From Eubacteriales bacterium (GTDB lineage: Bacteria > Bacillota > Clostridia > Oscillospirales > CAG-272): 64,000 nucleotides of DNA. The translations under genes and the position numbers were made by a program. Under the pieces are notes generated by a model, which was given only the letters and a program-made list of their open reading frames with translations, was not told the origin of the DNA and did not search any database. Of this stretch, positions 1 through 8,855 are shown in pieces; position 1 is the stretch's first letter; each line of letters begins with the position of its first letter. The stretch spans positions 8,870 to 72,869 of the forward strand of contig JAZRDI010000021.1 in assembly GCA_045660185.1 (NCBI GenBank), in the 5' to 3' direction.

Positions 1-3000
1 GCCAACTTTGTCGGCGGCAGCTCCGTGACCCCTGACACTCCTGACACCCCCGACACTCCCGATACTCCTGCAAAGGAGAATTACGCAAAGAAGGCTATCA
101 ACTATCTTAACATAATTTATGGTGAGGTAGATGCAAAGACCGGAACTAACTATGACCTTATGTCTAAGTACACAGTTCCCGGCACAGACGTAACACTCAC
201 AATCGTTTGGACCACCAACGTTGAGTCTGTTACTATCACTGAATCCACAACTGACGGTTACGTAACCGTAAACCTTCCCGCAGCTGCTGACAGTGATCTT
301 AACTACACCATCACTGCAACCGTTACCGATGAAAACGGCAACACCGAAACAAAGTCCTTTGACCGTGTAGTTCCTTCTGCAAACAATTACACCACTATTG
401 AAGAGTACTACGCATTGAACGTAACCAAGAACGACAACGTAACAGTTATCGTTAAGGGTATCGTAACAGGTATCGTAAATACTTCTAACGGCCAGAATTA
501 CAACCAGCTCTTCCTTCAGGACGAGAGCAATAAGGGTGGTTACTACGTATATGACATCGTAAGCGCACCCATGGATGATATTAAGGTTGGTATGACCGTT
601 AAGGTTACCGGTATTAAGAACGTAAACTGGGGCGTTGACAGAATCGAAGCAGCTACAGTTGAGATTCTTGATACTACCATCAAGACAGTTACTCCCGTAG
701 ATTACACCGATGCTTATCTTAATGCTGAAACTCTTACCGATGCAGCTCTTAACCAGTATGACGGTCTTCTTGTTACCATCAAGGGCGTAGAGATTACCGG
801 TCAGACCCTTTCCAACGGTTACTATCACTTCAAGCTTGGTGATAAGGAATCCTACGTAAGAATTTCTTCCTCTACTTGCTGCATTTATGGCACAGATCTT
901 GAAACGTTCAAGAAGAATCACACCGATAACAAGGGCAGCACTGCTGACGTAGTTGGTGTTATCACTTCTTACAGCAACGCGTTCTATCTTATCCCCGTAA
1001 GCGTTGACGCTATCTCTAACATTAAGACAGTTACCCGTACCGATGCTGAAAAGGTTCAGTATGAGCTTGATTCTCTTACCGTAACCGATACAGTTAAGAA
1101 GGACGGCGATCTTGATCTTGTTGTTGCAGGAAAGATGTACAACGACGTTGTTATCACTTGGACCTCTAACGATACTTCTGCAGTAGTAAGTGCTGACGGA
1201 AAGGTTGTTACCTTCACTCTTGGCGACAACGTTAAGTACGTAACTCTTACCGCAACTGCAAAGCTTGGCGACGTAACCTTGACCAAAGATTTCACCATCA
1301 AGGTATCCGCAAAGTCAAAGATCGTTGTAAATAAGGTTACCAACCCCGTAGTTGGAACTGCTTACAAGCTTTACCTCTATCACGCAACAAAGGTACAGGA
1401 TATGTTCCTTACCGGTAAGTTCGATTCTACTTACAACTACAACCTTGGCACTTCCGGCCTTGCAGAGCAGGCTGCTGACTTCTATCTTGAGGATGCAGGC
1501 GACGGTATGTACTACCTTAGCGTAACAGTTGATAACGTTAAGAAGTACGTAAACCTTGCAGTAGATGGTAAGTATCTCGATATAACCATCGATATGGATC
1601 CTATCACCACCTATAAGTTCGATACAGAAGTAAACACTATCGTTTCCACACAGACTACCAGCGATGGTACTTCCGATTACTACTTCGGTACTTACGCTAC
1701 TAACAGCAAGACAGGTGTTACTACATCGAAGACCTCTTACATCACCGGCGGCAATGCTGCAAACGTTGGTGTAAGCCAGTTCGTTATATACCTTGTAACC
1801 GTTTCCAACGTTGACGATATGTCCGATGCTGATAAGGTTGCAACCGAGAAGGGCAATATCAACGTTGATACTAACGTTTCCGGTGATAAGGAAATCGTTC
1901 TTCCCGGCGCTACTCTTGCAGGCGTAACTGTTGAGTGGAGCGTAACCGATAACGCAGCTATCAAGGACGGTAAGCTCGTTATCACTCAGGGAGCAGAGGC
2001 TCTTACCGTAGTTCTTACCGCAACAATTAAGTCCGGTGAGGCTACCGATACCAAGACCTTCACCTTCGAGGTTCCCGCAAAGTCCAACAAGGTTCTTACT
2101 CCTATGTACACCTTTGAAGAAGGCGTAGCATACAAGATTGTTGGTAAAAATGCTAATGGCTTCATTTACTTCGAAGGCACTATCAAGAGCGGAAGAATCA
2201 ACGGTACTTTTGATGTAAATGCAAGCGTTGACGTTTACGTTAAGTTTGTAGATAAGGCAGCAGGCACATTCCTTCTTTACTTCATGGAAGGAGATACTGT
2301 TAAGTACATAGACAGCTATGTAAACGAAAGCACCAAGACTGCAGGCTTCAAGATTGTAACCGAAGCTGAACTTTCAGATGCAACTTGGTCCTTGAATACC
2401 GAGAAGAAGGCTATCGTATCTTCTGCAAACGGCAGAGCAATTTCTACCCAGCTCACCAGCACTTATACTAACTTCAGCACATATGCGCTTTCTAACATCG
2501 GTACTGCTGATTACTTCACATCTTACCTTGCAGCTTTCGTTGATGAGGGCACAATTCCCGAAATCACCGATGAGGATATGGTAAAGGAAGAGGCAGAAAA
2601 CGTTAAGTTCGATACTACTGTTGTTGAGAATGATGCGAAGATTGAGCTTCCCGCTCCCAAGAACTACGCAGATAAGGTTACCTTCAACTGGACTGTAACC
2701 GGTGAATGCGCAGCTATCGCTGACGGCAAACTCGTTATCGCTCTTCCCAAGGAGAGCACAACTGTAACTCTTACTCTTGTAATCGTATGCGGCGAAGTGA
2801 AAGATGTTAAGACATTTGAAATCGCTGTTAACGTTCCTGTTTACAAGGTAACAAAAGTAACTGCTCCCGTGGTAGATAAGGCTTACAAGCTTTATCTCTA
2901 TCAGGTACAGAAGGCTACCAATATCTTCTTCAGCGGCGCTATGTCCGGAAATTACTTCGCTATTACTACCAATGCGGCAGAAGCTGTAGATGTATATCTT

Positions 3001-4131
3001 GAGGCTACCACCGGCGGATATTACCTCTACATGAAGAACGAAGACGGCACCAAGACATACCTCGATATGAACGAGTATGCAGCTGATAAGGTAGGCGTAA
3101 GACTTTCTGATACTCCCGGTTGTGTTTATTTCTTCAGCGAAGAGTACGGCACAATTCTTTCTAACATCAAAACTGCTAAATATGACAATGATTACTATTT
3201 CGGCAGCTATGATGGAAATATGTACATCAGATGTAACTCTACTTATTACATCACCGGCTCTAATGCAAACAAAGTAGGCGTATCTCAGTATATCGCTTAT
3301 CTTGCAGAGGTTAATTGCAACCACGATTACACATCTGATTGCGATACCGTTTGTGATTACTGTGGCGCAACCCGTACCACAGAGGTTGATCACAAGTGGG
3401 AAAACGAGTGCGACGAGGATTGCGTAATCTGCTTCGAGAAGAGAGAAGCTCCCCACAAGTACGTTTCCGATTGTGACACTACCTGTGACTGCGGCGCAAC
3501 CCGTACCACAGAGGTTGACCACAAGTGGGAAAACGAGTGCGATGAGGATTGCGTAATCTGTTTCGAGAAGAGAGAAGCTCCCCACAAGTACGTTTCCGAT
3601 TGTGACACTACCTGTGACTGCGGCGCAACCCGCACCACAACCGTTGACCACAAGTGGGAAAACGAGTGCGACGAGGATTGCGTAATCTGCTTTGAGAAGA
3701 GAGAAGCTCCTCACAAGTACGTTTCCGACTGTGACACCACCTGTGATTGCGGCGCAACCCGCACCACAACTGTTGACCACAAGTGGGAAGACGAGTGTGA
3801 CAGCGACTGCGTAATCTGTTTCGAGAAGAGAGAAGCTCCTCACAAGTACACATCTGATTGTGATGACACTTGCGATTGCGGTGCTACCCGTGAAGCGAGC
3901 GCGCACGTTTACGATAATTGCGAGGATACCGATTGTAATGTTTGCGGTACTACCCGTGAGCCTGTAAATCACGCTTATTCTTCTGTTTGCGACACCACCT
4001 GCAACAACTGCGGTGAAGAGCGCGTAGCAGAACAGTGCAAGGACACCAACGGCGACAGCATCTGCGATAACGACGGATGCGGCAAGGAAATGGGCTCTGA
4101 TGGACCTATGACCGACGTTGTTGTTGAGTAA
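1..4131 (+). CDS. Large multidomain cell-surface protein, 5'-truncated by window edge (PDT linker, Ig-like repeats, OB-fold-like region, duplicated beta-rich domain, C-terminal Cys/His repeats)
   Basis: Frame is open from base 1 (ANFVGGSSV-TPDTP...), so the true start is upstream. Recurrent Ig-like units (TDAEKV.., SDADKV.., TDEDMV..) and a duplicated KVTxPVVxxAYKLYLY domain; ends TAA. Confidence 0.85.
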   Translation, partial: ANFVGGSSVTPDTPDTPDTPDTPAKENYAKKAINYLNIIYGEVDAKTGTNYDLMSKYTVPGTDVTLTIVWTTNVESVTITESTTDGYVTVNLPAAADSDLNYTITATVTDENGNTETKSFDRVVPSANNYTTIEEYYALNVTKNDNVTVIVKGIVTGIVNTSNGQNYNQLFLQDESNKGGYYVYDIVSAPMDDIKVGMTVKVTGIKNVNWGVDRIEAATVEILDTTIKTVTPVDYTDAYLNAETLTDAALNQYDGLLVTIKGVEITGQTLSNGYYHFKLGDKESYVRISSSTCCIYGTDLETFKKNHTDNKGSTADVVGVITSYSNAFYLIPVSVDAISNIKTVTRTDAEKVQYELDSLTVTDTVKKDGDLDLVVAGKMYNDVVITWTSNDTSAVVSADGKVVTFTLGDNVKYVTLTATAKLGDVTLTKDFTIKVSAKSKIVVNKVTNPVVGTAYKLYLYHATKVQDMFLTGKFDSTYNYNLGTSGLAEQAADFYLEDAGDGMYYLSVTVDNVKKYVNLAVDGKYLDITIDMDPITTYKFDTEVNTIVSTQTTSDGTSDYYFGTYATNSKTGVTTSKTSYITGGNAANVGVSQFVIYLVTVSNVDDMSDADKVATEKGNINVDTNVSGDKEIVLPGATLAGVTVEWSVTDNAAIKDGKLVITQGAEALTVVLTATIKSGEATDTKTFTFEVPAKSNKVLTPMYTFEEGVAYKIVGKNANGFIYFEGTIKSGRINGTFDVNASVDVYVKFVDKAAGTFLLYFMEGDTVKYIDSYVNESTKTAGFKIVTEAELSDATWSLNTEKKAIVSSANGRAISTQLTSTYTNFSTYALSNIGTADYFTSYLAAFVDEGTIPEITDEDMVKEEAENVKFDTTVVENDAKIELPAPKNYADKVTFNWTVTGECAAIADGKLVIALPKESTTVTLTLVIVCGEVKDVKTFEIAVNVPVYKVTKVTAPVVDKAYKLYLYQVQKATNIFFSGAMSGNYFAITTNAAEAVDVYLEATTGGYYLYMKNEDGTKTYLDMNEYAADKVGVRLSDTPGCVYFFSEEYGTILSNIKTAKYDNDYYFGSYDGNMYIRCNSTYYITGSNANKVGVSQYIAYLAEVNCNHDYTSDCDTVCDYCGATRTTEVDHKWENECDEDCVICFEKREAPHKYVSDCDTTCDCGATRTTEVDHKWENECDEDCVICFEKREAPHKYVSDCDTTCDCGATRTTTVDHKWENECDEDCVICFEKREAPHKYVSDCDTTCDCGATRTTTVDHKWEDECDSDCVICFEKREAPHKYTSDCDDTCDCGATREASAHVYDNCEDTDCNVCGTTREPVNHAYSSVCDTTCNNCGEERVAEQCKDTNGDSICDNDGCGKEMGSDGPMTDVVVE
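31..69 (+). repeat. Coding (Pro-Asp-Thr)n linker microrepeat
   Basis: cct gac act cct gac acc ccc gac act ccc gat act cct. Confidence 0.9.
3322..3906 (+). repeat. 129-bp (43-aa) coding tandem repeat, about 4.5 copies, Cys/His-rich
   Basis: cacaagtggga recurs at 3391, 3520, 3649, 3778; unit HKWENECDEDCVICFEKREAPHKYVSDCDTTCDCGATRTT(E/T)VD. Confidence 0.95.
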
Positions 4132-4176
4132 TCATCACTATTCTTAAATGCAATTTGAATAAAATAGCATAAAAAT

Positions 4177-4206
4177 GGACGAAGAGGCTTTATGGCTTCT
4201 TCGTCC
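4177..4206 (+). terminator. Hairpin terminator after the surface-protein gene
   Basis: ggacgaagaggc-tttatg-gcttcttcgtcc. Confidence 0.7.
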
Positions 4207-4369
4207 TTAAATTTTATGGTTAAATACCGCTTAATTTTTCGATTTATTTGACTTAAGCTATAATCTTCGATTGGAGAGCGGTTTTAATTGATTTTTGATT
4301 TGTTTGCTTTTTGTAAAGCTTTAACTATTCAATTGGGATAAGCTCGAAATGCGCAAATCGCTAATTGAT

Positions 4370-6946
4370 TTACGGCTCGAAAACCGTTAGTGCTTCGATC
4401 TCTTTTATAAACTCTTTCGGTGTGACTCGTATTCCGCCTGCGCCGAGAACGACGAGCTGTTCGTCATAGTCGGAGGTTACAACGCGAACCGAGTTTTTCT
4501 CACCGAGCGCGTACGTTGTTTTTTCGATATACGCATCTGCGGTTTGGCGCTCCTTGGTATAGACGACGGTAATACCGCCAATCTCTTCTACAGAGCCTCT
4601 GTTCTCCTGCCTTTTGTAAGCGTCAAAAACGAGGATTATGTTCGCGCGGGTGAATCCATTGTAGTTTGAAAGGATATTAATTAGCGTATCGCGTGCGTGA
4701 GAAAGTTCGCGTTTTGCGAGATTGTTAAGATTCTCCCATGCGAAAATGAGATTATATCCGTCGATAATAATATAATCGTCACCGCGAACGGTGGCTTTTT
4801 TGCGTTTTTCACGCGTATCTGTTGGAGCGGAATTTTCGCGTTTTTCGGGCGCGGAGCGTTTTTTGATTTTGCCGTAGGTGCTTTCAAAAATACGCATAAG
4901 CTCCTTATCCTCTTCGACCGTTCCTCTGTAACGCTGCGCTTTTGCTCTTTCGGGAACGACGTATTCGCTATCATCGCTATCCGATGTCTGCGAGTCCTCT
5001 TCGTGATTTTCCGTATGCATTTTTTCGTCGGCTTCATACCATGGAACAGAATGTCCGACCCCGCCTTTGCAGAATATTGAGTCTGCGCTTACGCTTGAAT
5101 CAAGCTCGGGGGCGTAAGCTATGTTGGCTATAATCTCGTCTGCGTTGTGGCAGGGCTCGTAGCCCGAGAGTGTAAGAGTTATTTTCCCCTTTCCATGAGA
5201 GTATGCGCGAAGCTCCTTGGAGTAGCTTCGCATTGTGTAAACCGGGCAACTTCCTGTAATCTTTGCGTTATCTCCTATAAATTCGGGCGCGTTACATTCG
5301 CCGTGCATATTAGCTATGTCGGTCATAGCGCGACCGAGAAGGTCGCCTGGAAGTTCGATTTCAAAATCGAATATCGGCTCTAAAAGCACGGGCTCGGATT
5401 TCATAAGACCTTGCCTTAAGGCTCTGAAGGTAGCTTCACGGAAATCTCCTCCCTCTGTGTGCTTTGGGTGTGCTCTTCCGGCGATAAGAGTTATCCTCAT
5501 GTCGGTAATCGGAGAGCCTGTAAGAATTCCTTTATGCGCTCGTTCTTCAAGGTGGGAAAGAATAAGTCTTTGCCAATTTGAACGAAGCCTGTCGGTAGGA
5601 CAGTCGGATGCGAAAACGAGTCCCGTGCCGAGCGCTAACGGTTCAAGACGGAGCCTCACCTCTGCATAGTGCATAAGAGGTTCAAAGTGTCCTGCGCCCC
5701 AGCACTTTGAGTTTATAGTTTCTTTATACAGTATACTGCCTTCTCCAAATGAAACGTCATATCCGAAGCGATCTTTTATAACACGGGTTAGTACTTCTGT
5801 TTGAATATCTCCCATAAGCTTGACCTTTATTTCACGCGTTTCGGAATCGAAGCGAAGTGATAGTGCGGGATCTTCGTCTGCTAATGGTAGAATTTCAAGA
5901 AATGCGCGATGCGTGTCAACTTTTGCATCGTCAAAAGTCATTTTGTATTCAAGAGCCGGCTCAAGAGTCATCTCGCTTGACATCTCCGAGCCTATGCCCA
6001 TTCCGGCGCGAGCTTCGGAAAGTCCGGTTACTGCAACGACCATACCAGCCTCGGCGGTTTTTAATGATTTGTATTTTTCTGCAGAATAAAGACGGATGCT
6101 TTCTATCTTTTCAGATACGAGAGTTCCGTTCTTGCCAATGTAGTTTACTGTATCCTTTATTGCAATTTTTCCGCCCGTAACCTTGAGATATGTAAGACGC
6201 GCTCCCGAAGAATCCGAGCCTATTTTGTAAACCTTTATTCCCAAAAATGACTCCGAATACTGTCTTGGAAGGGTGTAACGGTCTATTGCTGAAAGCAGAG
6301 CTTTTATTCCTTCGCACTTAAGGGCGGAGCCGAAAAGCGCGGGAATGATACGCCTTTTGCGTATTGAGTTTTGTATTTTCTCGCTTGCGATTTCTCCGTT
6401 CTCAAAGAAGTCAGCCATAAGATTCTCATCGGCAGACGCGCACTCCTCGAAAAACCTCGACTTATCATCCGCCTCAAGATTGAAATCGGTAACTGCAGAT
6501 CCGAAAGCGAGCTTTAATTCACCTACAAGCTCACGTCTTGCTCTTCCGGCAATATCGGTTTTGTTAACAAAGATAAACGTAGGTATTTTGTTCCTTGAAA
6601 GTATGCCGTAAAGAGTCATCGTATGCGCGGTAACCCCCTCTGCAGCGCTGACTACGAGAATGGCATAATCTTGCACGGATACGGCTCTTTCGGTTTCGCA
6701 GGAGAAATCCACGTGGCCGGGCGTGTCAATTAAAGTAATTTCGGTATTTTCAAGTTGAAGCTGGGCTTGCTTTGAAAAAACGGTTATTCCGCGCTCACGT
6801 TCGATAGTGTGCGTGTCAAGAAATGAATCCTTTTTATCTACTCTGCCGAGTTTATCTCTTGTTCCCGAAGTGTAAAGCATCGCTTCGGAAAGCGTTGTTT
6901 TTCCGGCGTCAACATGGGCGAGGATTCCTATGATTGAACGTTTCAC
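4370..6946 (-). CDS. TetM/EF-G-like translational GTPase with C-terminal NYN (YacP/Rae1-like) domain
   Basis: AHVDAGKTT, RERGIT, DTPGH and NKTD GTPase motifs; EF-G domains IV/V; C-terminal IIDGYN..VFD..TADAYIE..VVTSD. GTG start at 6946 after gaaaggag RBS. Confidence 0.9.
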   Translation of the reverse strand: MKRSIIGILAHVDAGKTTLSEAMLYTSGTRDKLGRVDKKDSFLDTHTIERERGITVFSKQAQLQLENTEITLIDTPGHVDFSCETERAVSVQDYAILVVSAAEGVTAHTMTLYGILSRNKIPTFIFVNKTDIAGRARRELVGELKLAFGSAVTDFNLEADDKSRFFEECASADENLMADFFENGEIASEKIQNSIRKRRIIPALFGSALKCEGIKALLSAIDRYTLPRQYSESFLGIKVYKIGSDSSGARLTYLKVTGGKIAIKDTVNYIGKNGTLVSEKIESIRLYSAEKYKSLKTAEAGMVVAVTGLSEARAGMGIGSEMSSEMTLEPALEYKMTFDDAKVDTHRAFLEILPLADEDPALSLRFDSETREIKVKLMGDIQTEVLTRVIKDRFGYDVSFGEGSILYKETINSKCWGAGHFEPLMHYAEVRLRLEPLALGTGLVFASDCPTDRLRSNWQRLILSHLEERAHKGILTGSPITDMRITLIAGRAHPKHTEGGDFREATFRALRQGLMKSEPVLLEPIFDFEIELPGDLLGRAMTDIANMHGECNAPEFIGDNAKITGSCPVYTMRSYSKELRAYSHGKGKITLTLSGYEPCHNADEIIANIAYAPELDSSVSADSIFCKGGVGHSVPWYEADEKMHTENHEEDSQTSDSDDSEYVVPERAKAQRYRGTVEEDKELMRIFESTYGKIKKRSAPEKRENSAPTDTREKRKKATVRGDDYIIIDGYNLIFAWENLNNLAKRELSHARDTLINILSNYNGFTRANIILVFDAYKRQENRGSVEEIGGITVVYTKERQTADAYIEKTTYALGEKNSVRVVTSDYDEQLVVLGAGGIRVTPKEFIKEIEALTVFEP

Positions 6947-6986
6947 TTTTTTCTCCTTTCTTGTTGGGCTTTGCAATTTTTAAAAT

Positions 6987-7016
6987 AGGCTGCCTCAATG
7001 TAACTTGAGACAGCCT
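6987..7016. terminator. Hairpin between the MTase-like gene and the GTPase gene
   Basis: aggctgcctcaa-tgtaac-ttgagacagcct. Confidence 0.55.
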
Positions 7017-7066
7017 TAAAGGTGAGAATCAAGGTATAAACAGCGCGTTTACCTTGTGCTAAATGA

Positions 7067-8587
7067 TTATTTAACCTTAATATGAAGGGTGGGGTTAACT
7101 ATGTTATCGCAGGCGGTAACCGAATTATCTCTGCCTGCCATAAGACGCATACCCATATTTTCTATAAGATTTCTCGGGGGAAGTCTTAAATTCTTCATTT
7201 CTTTAGAATTGATCTGCTTTGATTTTGAAACTATAGAAACGTATCTATCGTATATGGTGGAGTTAAGAAGCGCGAAAAGACCGAAAACGAGTCTTGCGCA
7301 CATTTCTTCCTTACTGTCCTTCATATCTATGAAGTTTATCTTGTTGTGTGTGGATATATACTGATTTTGCGGACGTTGACCTGCAAAGTAAACCGCAGAG
7401 TTGATAAACCTGTCGTCACTCTTTGCGGGAACGCGCTTAACTATAATCATGTTTTTGTTTCTCTGGAAGAGAGATGTTTCTGTTGGCATAAGATATTGCT
7501 TTTTAACACGAGGCATAGGGAATTTTATTCCGCCGGACATCATAGCCGCCGGACGAATAACCGGAATAGTCCCGGGTGCTTCCTCGTCATAAAGCATTTC
7601 TGAGCATTTAGAGTCTATAACGAGTCCTGTGCTCATCTTAAGTCCAAGCGAGGAAAGCGTTTCGGGGAATCCGCCGATATATTTAACTATTCTCGTTTCC
7701 TCAAGACTCTTGGGGAGTGTGAGCGTTCCGTCATTTTCGTCAACAACGAACGAATAGGGGAGCTCCGGAAGAAGCGTGGTTTTCTCGGGTGAGCCGTCGT
7801 CGGTTGAGGTGGAGATCACAACGCTCTCCTTTACTTCGTTGTTCTCAAATGAGAGAGCTATGGATTTCTTAAGCGGTATTGCGCGCTTAAGATTCTTTTG
7901 CTTACCGACGAAAAGATGTATCTTGTTAAGAGAAAGTCTTTTTACAATATCACGTCTAATTGCCGTGATGGAGGACGCACTTGCAACGGTTGTGGGAAGC
8001 ATTATAACGAGCTTTCCGCCTGCCTCAAGATGTTCCGATGCTACCTTGAAGAAGAGAAATGCCGCGCTGACCTTAAGCATCGTAACGCAGCCGACCGCAT
8101 TTGCTTCGTATGAGCCCTTTTCTATAAGCTCGGTGGGTGGATTGCAAATAATTATATCAAACTTATCTTCAACTGTGTCAAAAAACGTTACCGTATAGTG
8201 ATTTTTTACGTCAACGAGATAGTTCTCGTCATAAACCGTAACGAAAAGTCTTACGTCATAATCGTGACGGCACTTTTTTCTTATTCTCTCGAGATTGTCC
8301 TCAAGCATGGGGAGAAAATCGGGATCATTTTCGTAGCAGGTGAGGAAGATCTGCTTGCACTTGGGCGCATTTTTGCAGATGTGCTCAACTGCTGCTGCAG
8401 CTAAAATACCCGTTCCCGCACCGGGATCGAGAATTGTGTACGCCGTCTTTTCGGGATCAAGCTTTATCATATCCGCCATAAGACGCGCAGTATTTTTCTT
8501 TGTAAACAGTCTGCCAAGACGAACGTTTTCGGTCTTGGATTTTTCTCTTATGAGCTTACTCGTGTTTCTTACGGCAAGATTAAGCAT
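7067..8587 (-). CDS. N6-adenine DNA methyltransferase-like protein (gamma class, BsuBI/PstI-like) with degenerate catalytic motif
   Basis: Motif I LDPGAGTG intact; motif IV reads NPPT, not NPPY; C-terminal LLNSTIYDRY..QIN..LRLP resembles the BsuBI/PstI MTase tail. Confidence 0.8.
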   Translation of the reverse strand: MLNLAVRNTSKLIREKSKTENVRLGRLFTKKNTARLMADMIKLDPEKTAYTILDPGAGTGILAAAAVEHICKNAPKCKQIFLTCYENDPDFLPMLEDNLERIRKKCRHDYDVRLFVTVYDENYLVDVKNHYTVTFFDTVEDKFDIIICNPPTELIEKGSYEANAVGCVTMLKVSAAFLFFKVASEHLEAGGKLVIMLPTTVASASSITAIRRDIVKRLSLNKIHLFVGKQKNLKRAIPLKKSIALSFENNEVKESVVISTSTDDGSPEKTTLLPELPYSFVVDENDGTLTLPKSLEETRIVKYIGGFPETLSSLGLKMSTGLVIDSKCSEMLYDEEAPGTIPVIRPAAMMSGGIKFPMPRVKKQYLMPTETSLFQRNKNMIIVKRVPAKSDDRFINSAVYFAGQRPQNQYISTHNKINFIDMKDSKEEMCARLVFGLFALLNSTIYDRYVSIVSKSKQINSKEMKNLRLPPRNLIENMGMRLMAGRDNSVTACDNIVNPTLHIKVK

Positions 8588-8725
8588 ATCACTCGTCCTT
8601 TCTAAAGATTTACGCGCGGTCGCTTCAGCGATGTTTTACCAAAGCGCCAAGCAATTAAAAAGCGGTAGAATGCAAAAGCCTTTTAAATTGAGGTGTTTTT
8701 ATTCTGCCACAAATTATTTTATATT

Positions 8726-8754
8726 ATTGTAGCATATTTTTACTCTTCTTTCAA
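8726..8754 (-). promoter_or_regulatory. Sigma-A promoter of the MTase-like gene
   Basis: Minus strand TTGAAA-17-TACAAT with extended TG. Confidence 0.7.
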
Positions 8755-8783
8755 GTGATTTTGCATATTTTTTTAAAAAAATG

Positions 8784-8812
8784 TTGCAAAAGGTTGATTT
8801 TAATGGTATACT
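8784..8812 (+). promoter_or_regulatory. Sigma-A promoter of the SbcD-like gene
   Basis: TTGCAA-17-TATACT with extended TG. Confidence 0.7.
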
Positions 8813-8855
8813 TACTATAGTGAAAGTTATATCTATATACAAACGGAGGTTTGAC

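Noticed and set aside
3391-3906. Possible CRISPR array or multiheme cytochrome
   Set aside because: The repeats are contiguous in-frame coding units without unique spacers, no cas genes are present, and there is no CxxCH motif.
4370-6946. Tetracycline resistance gene tet(M)/tet(W)
   Set aside because: It is much longer than ribosomal protection proteins, has an NYN fusion and lacks mobile context, so no gene symbol was assigned.
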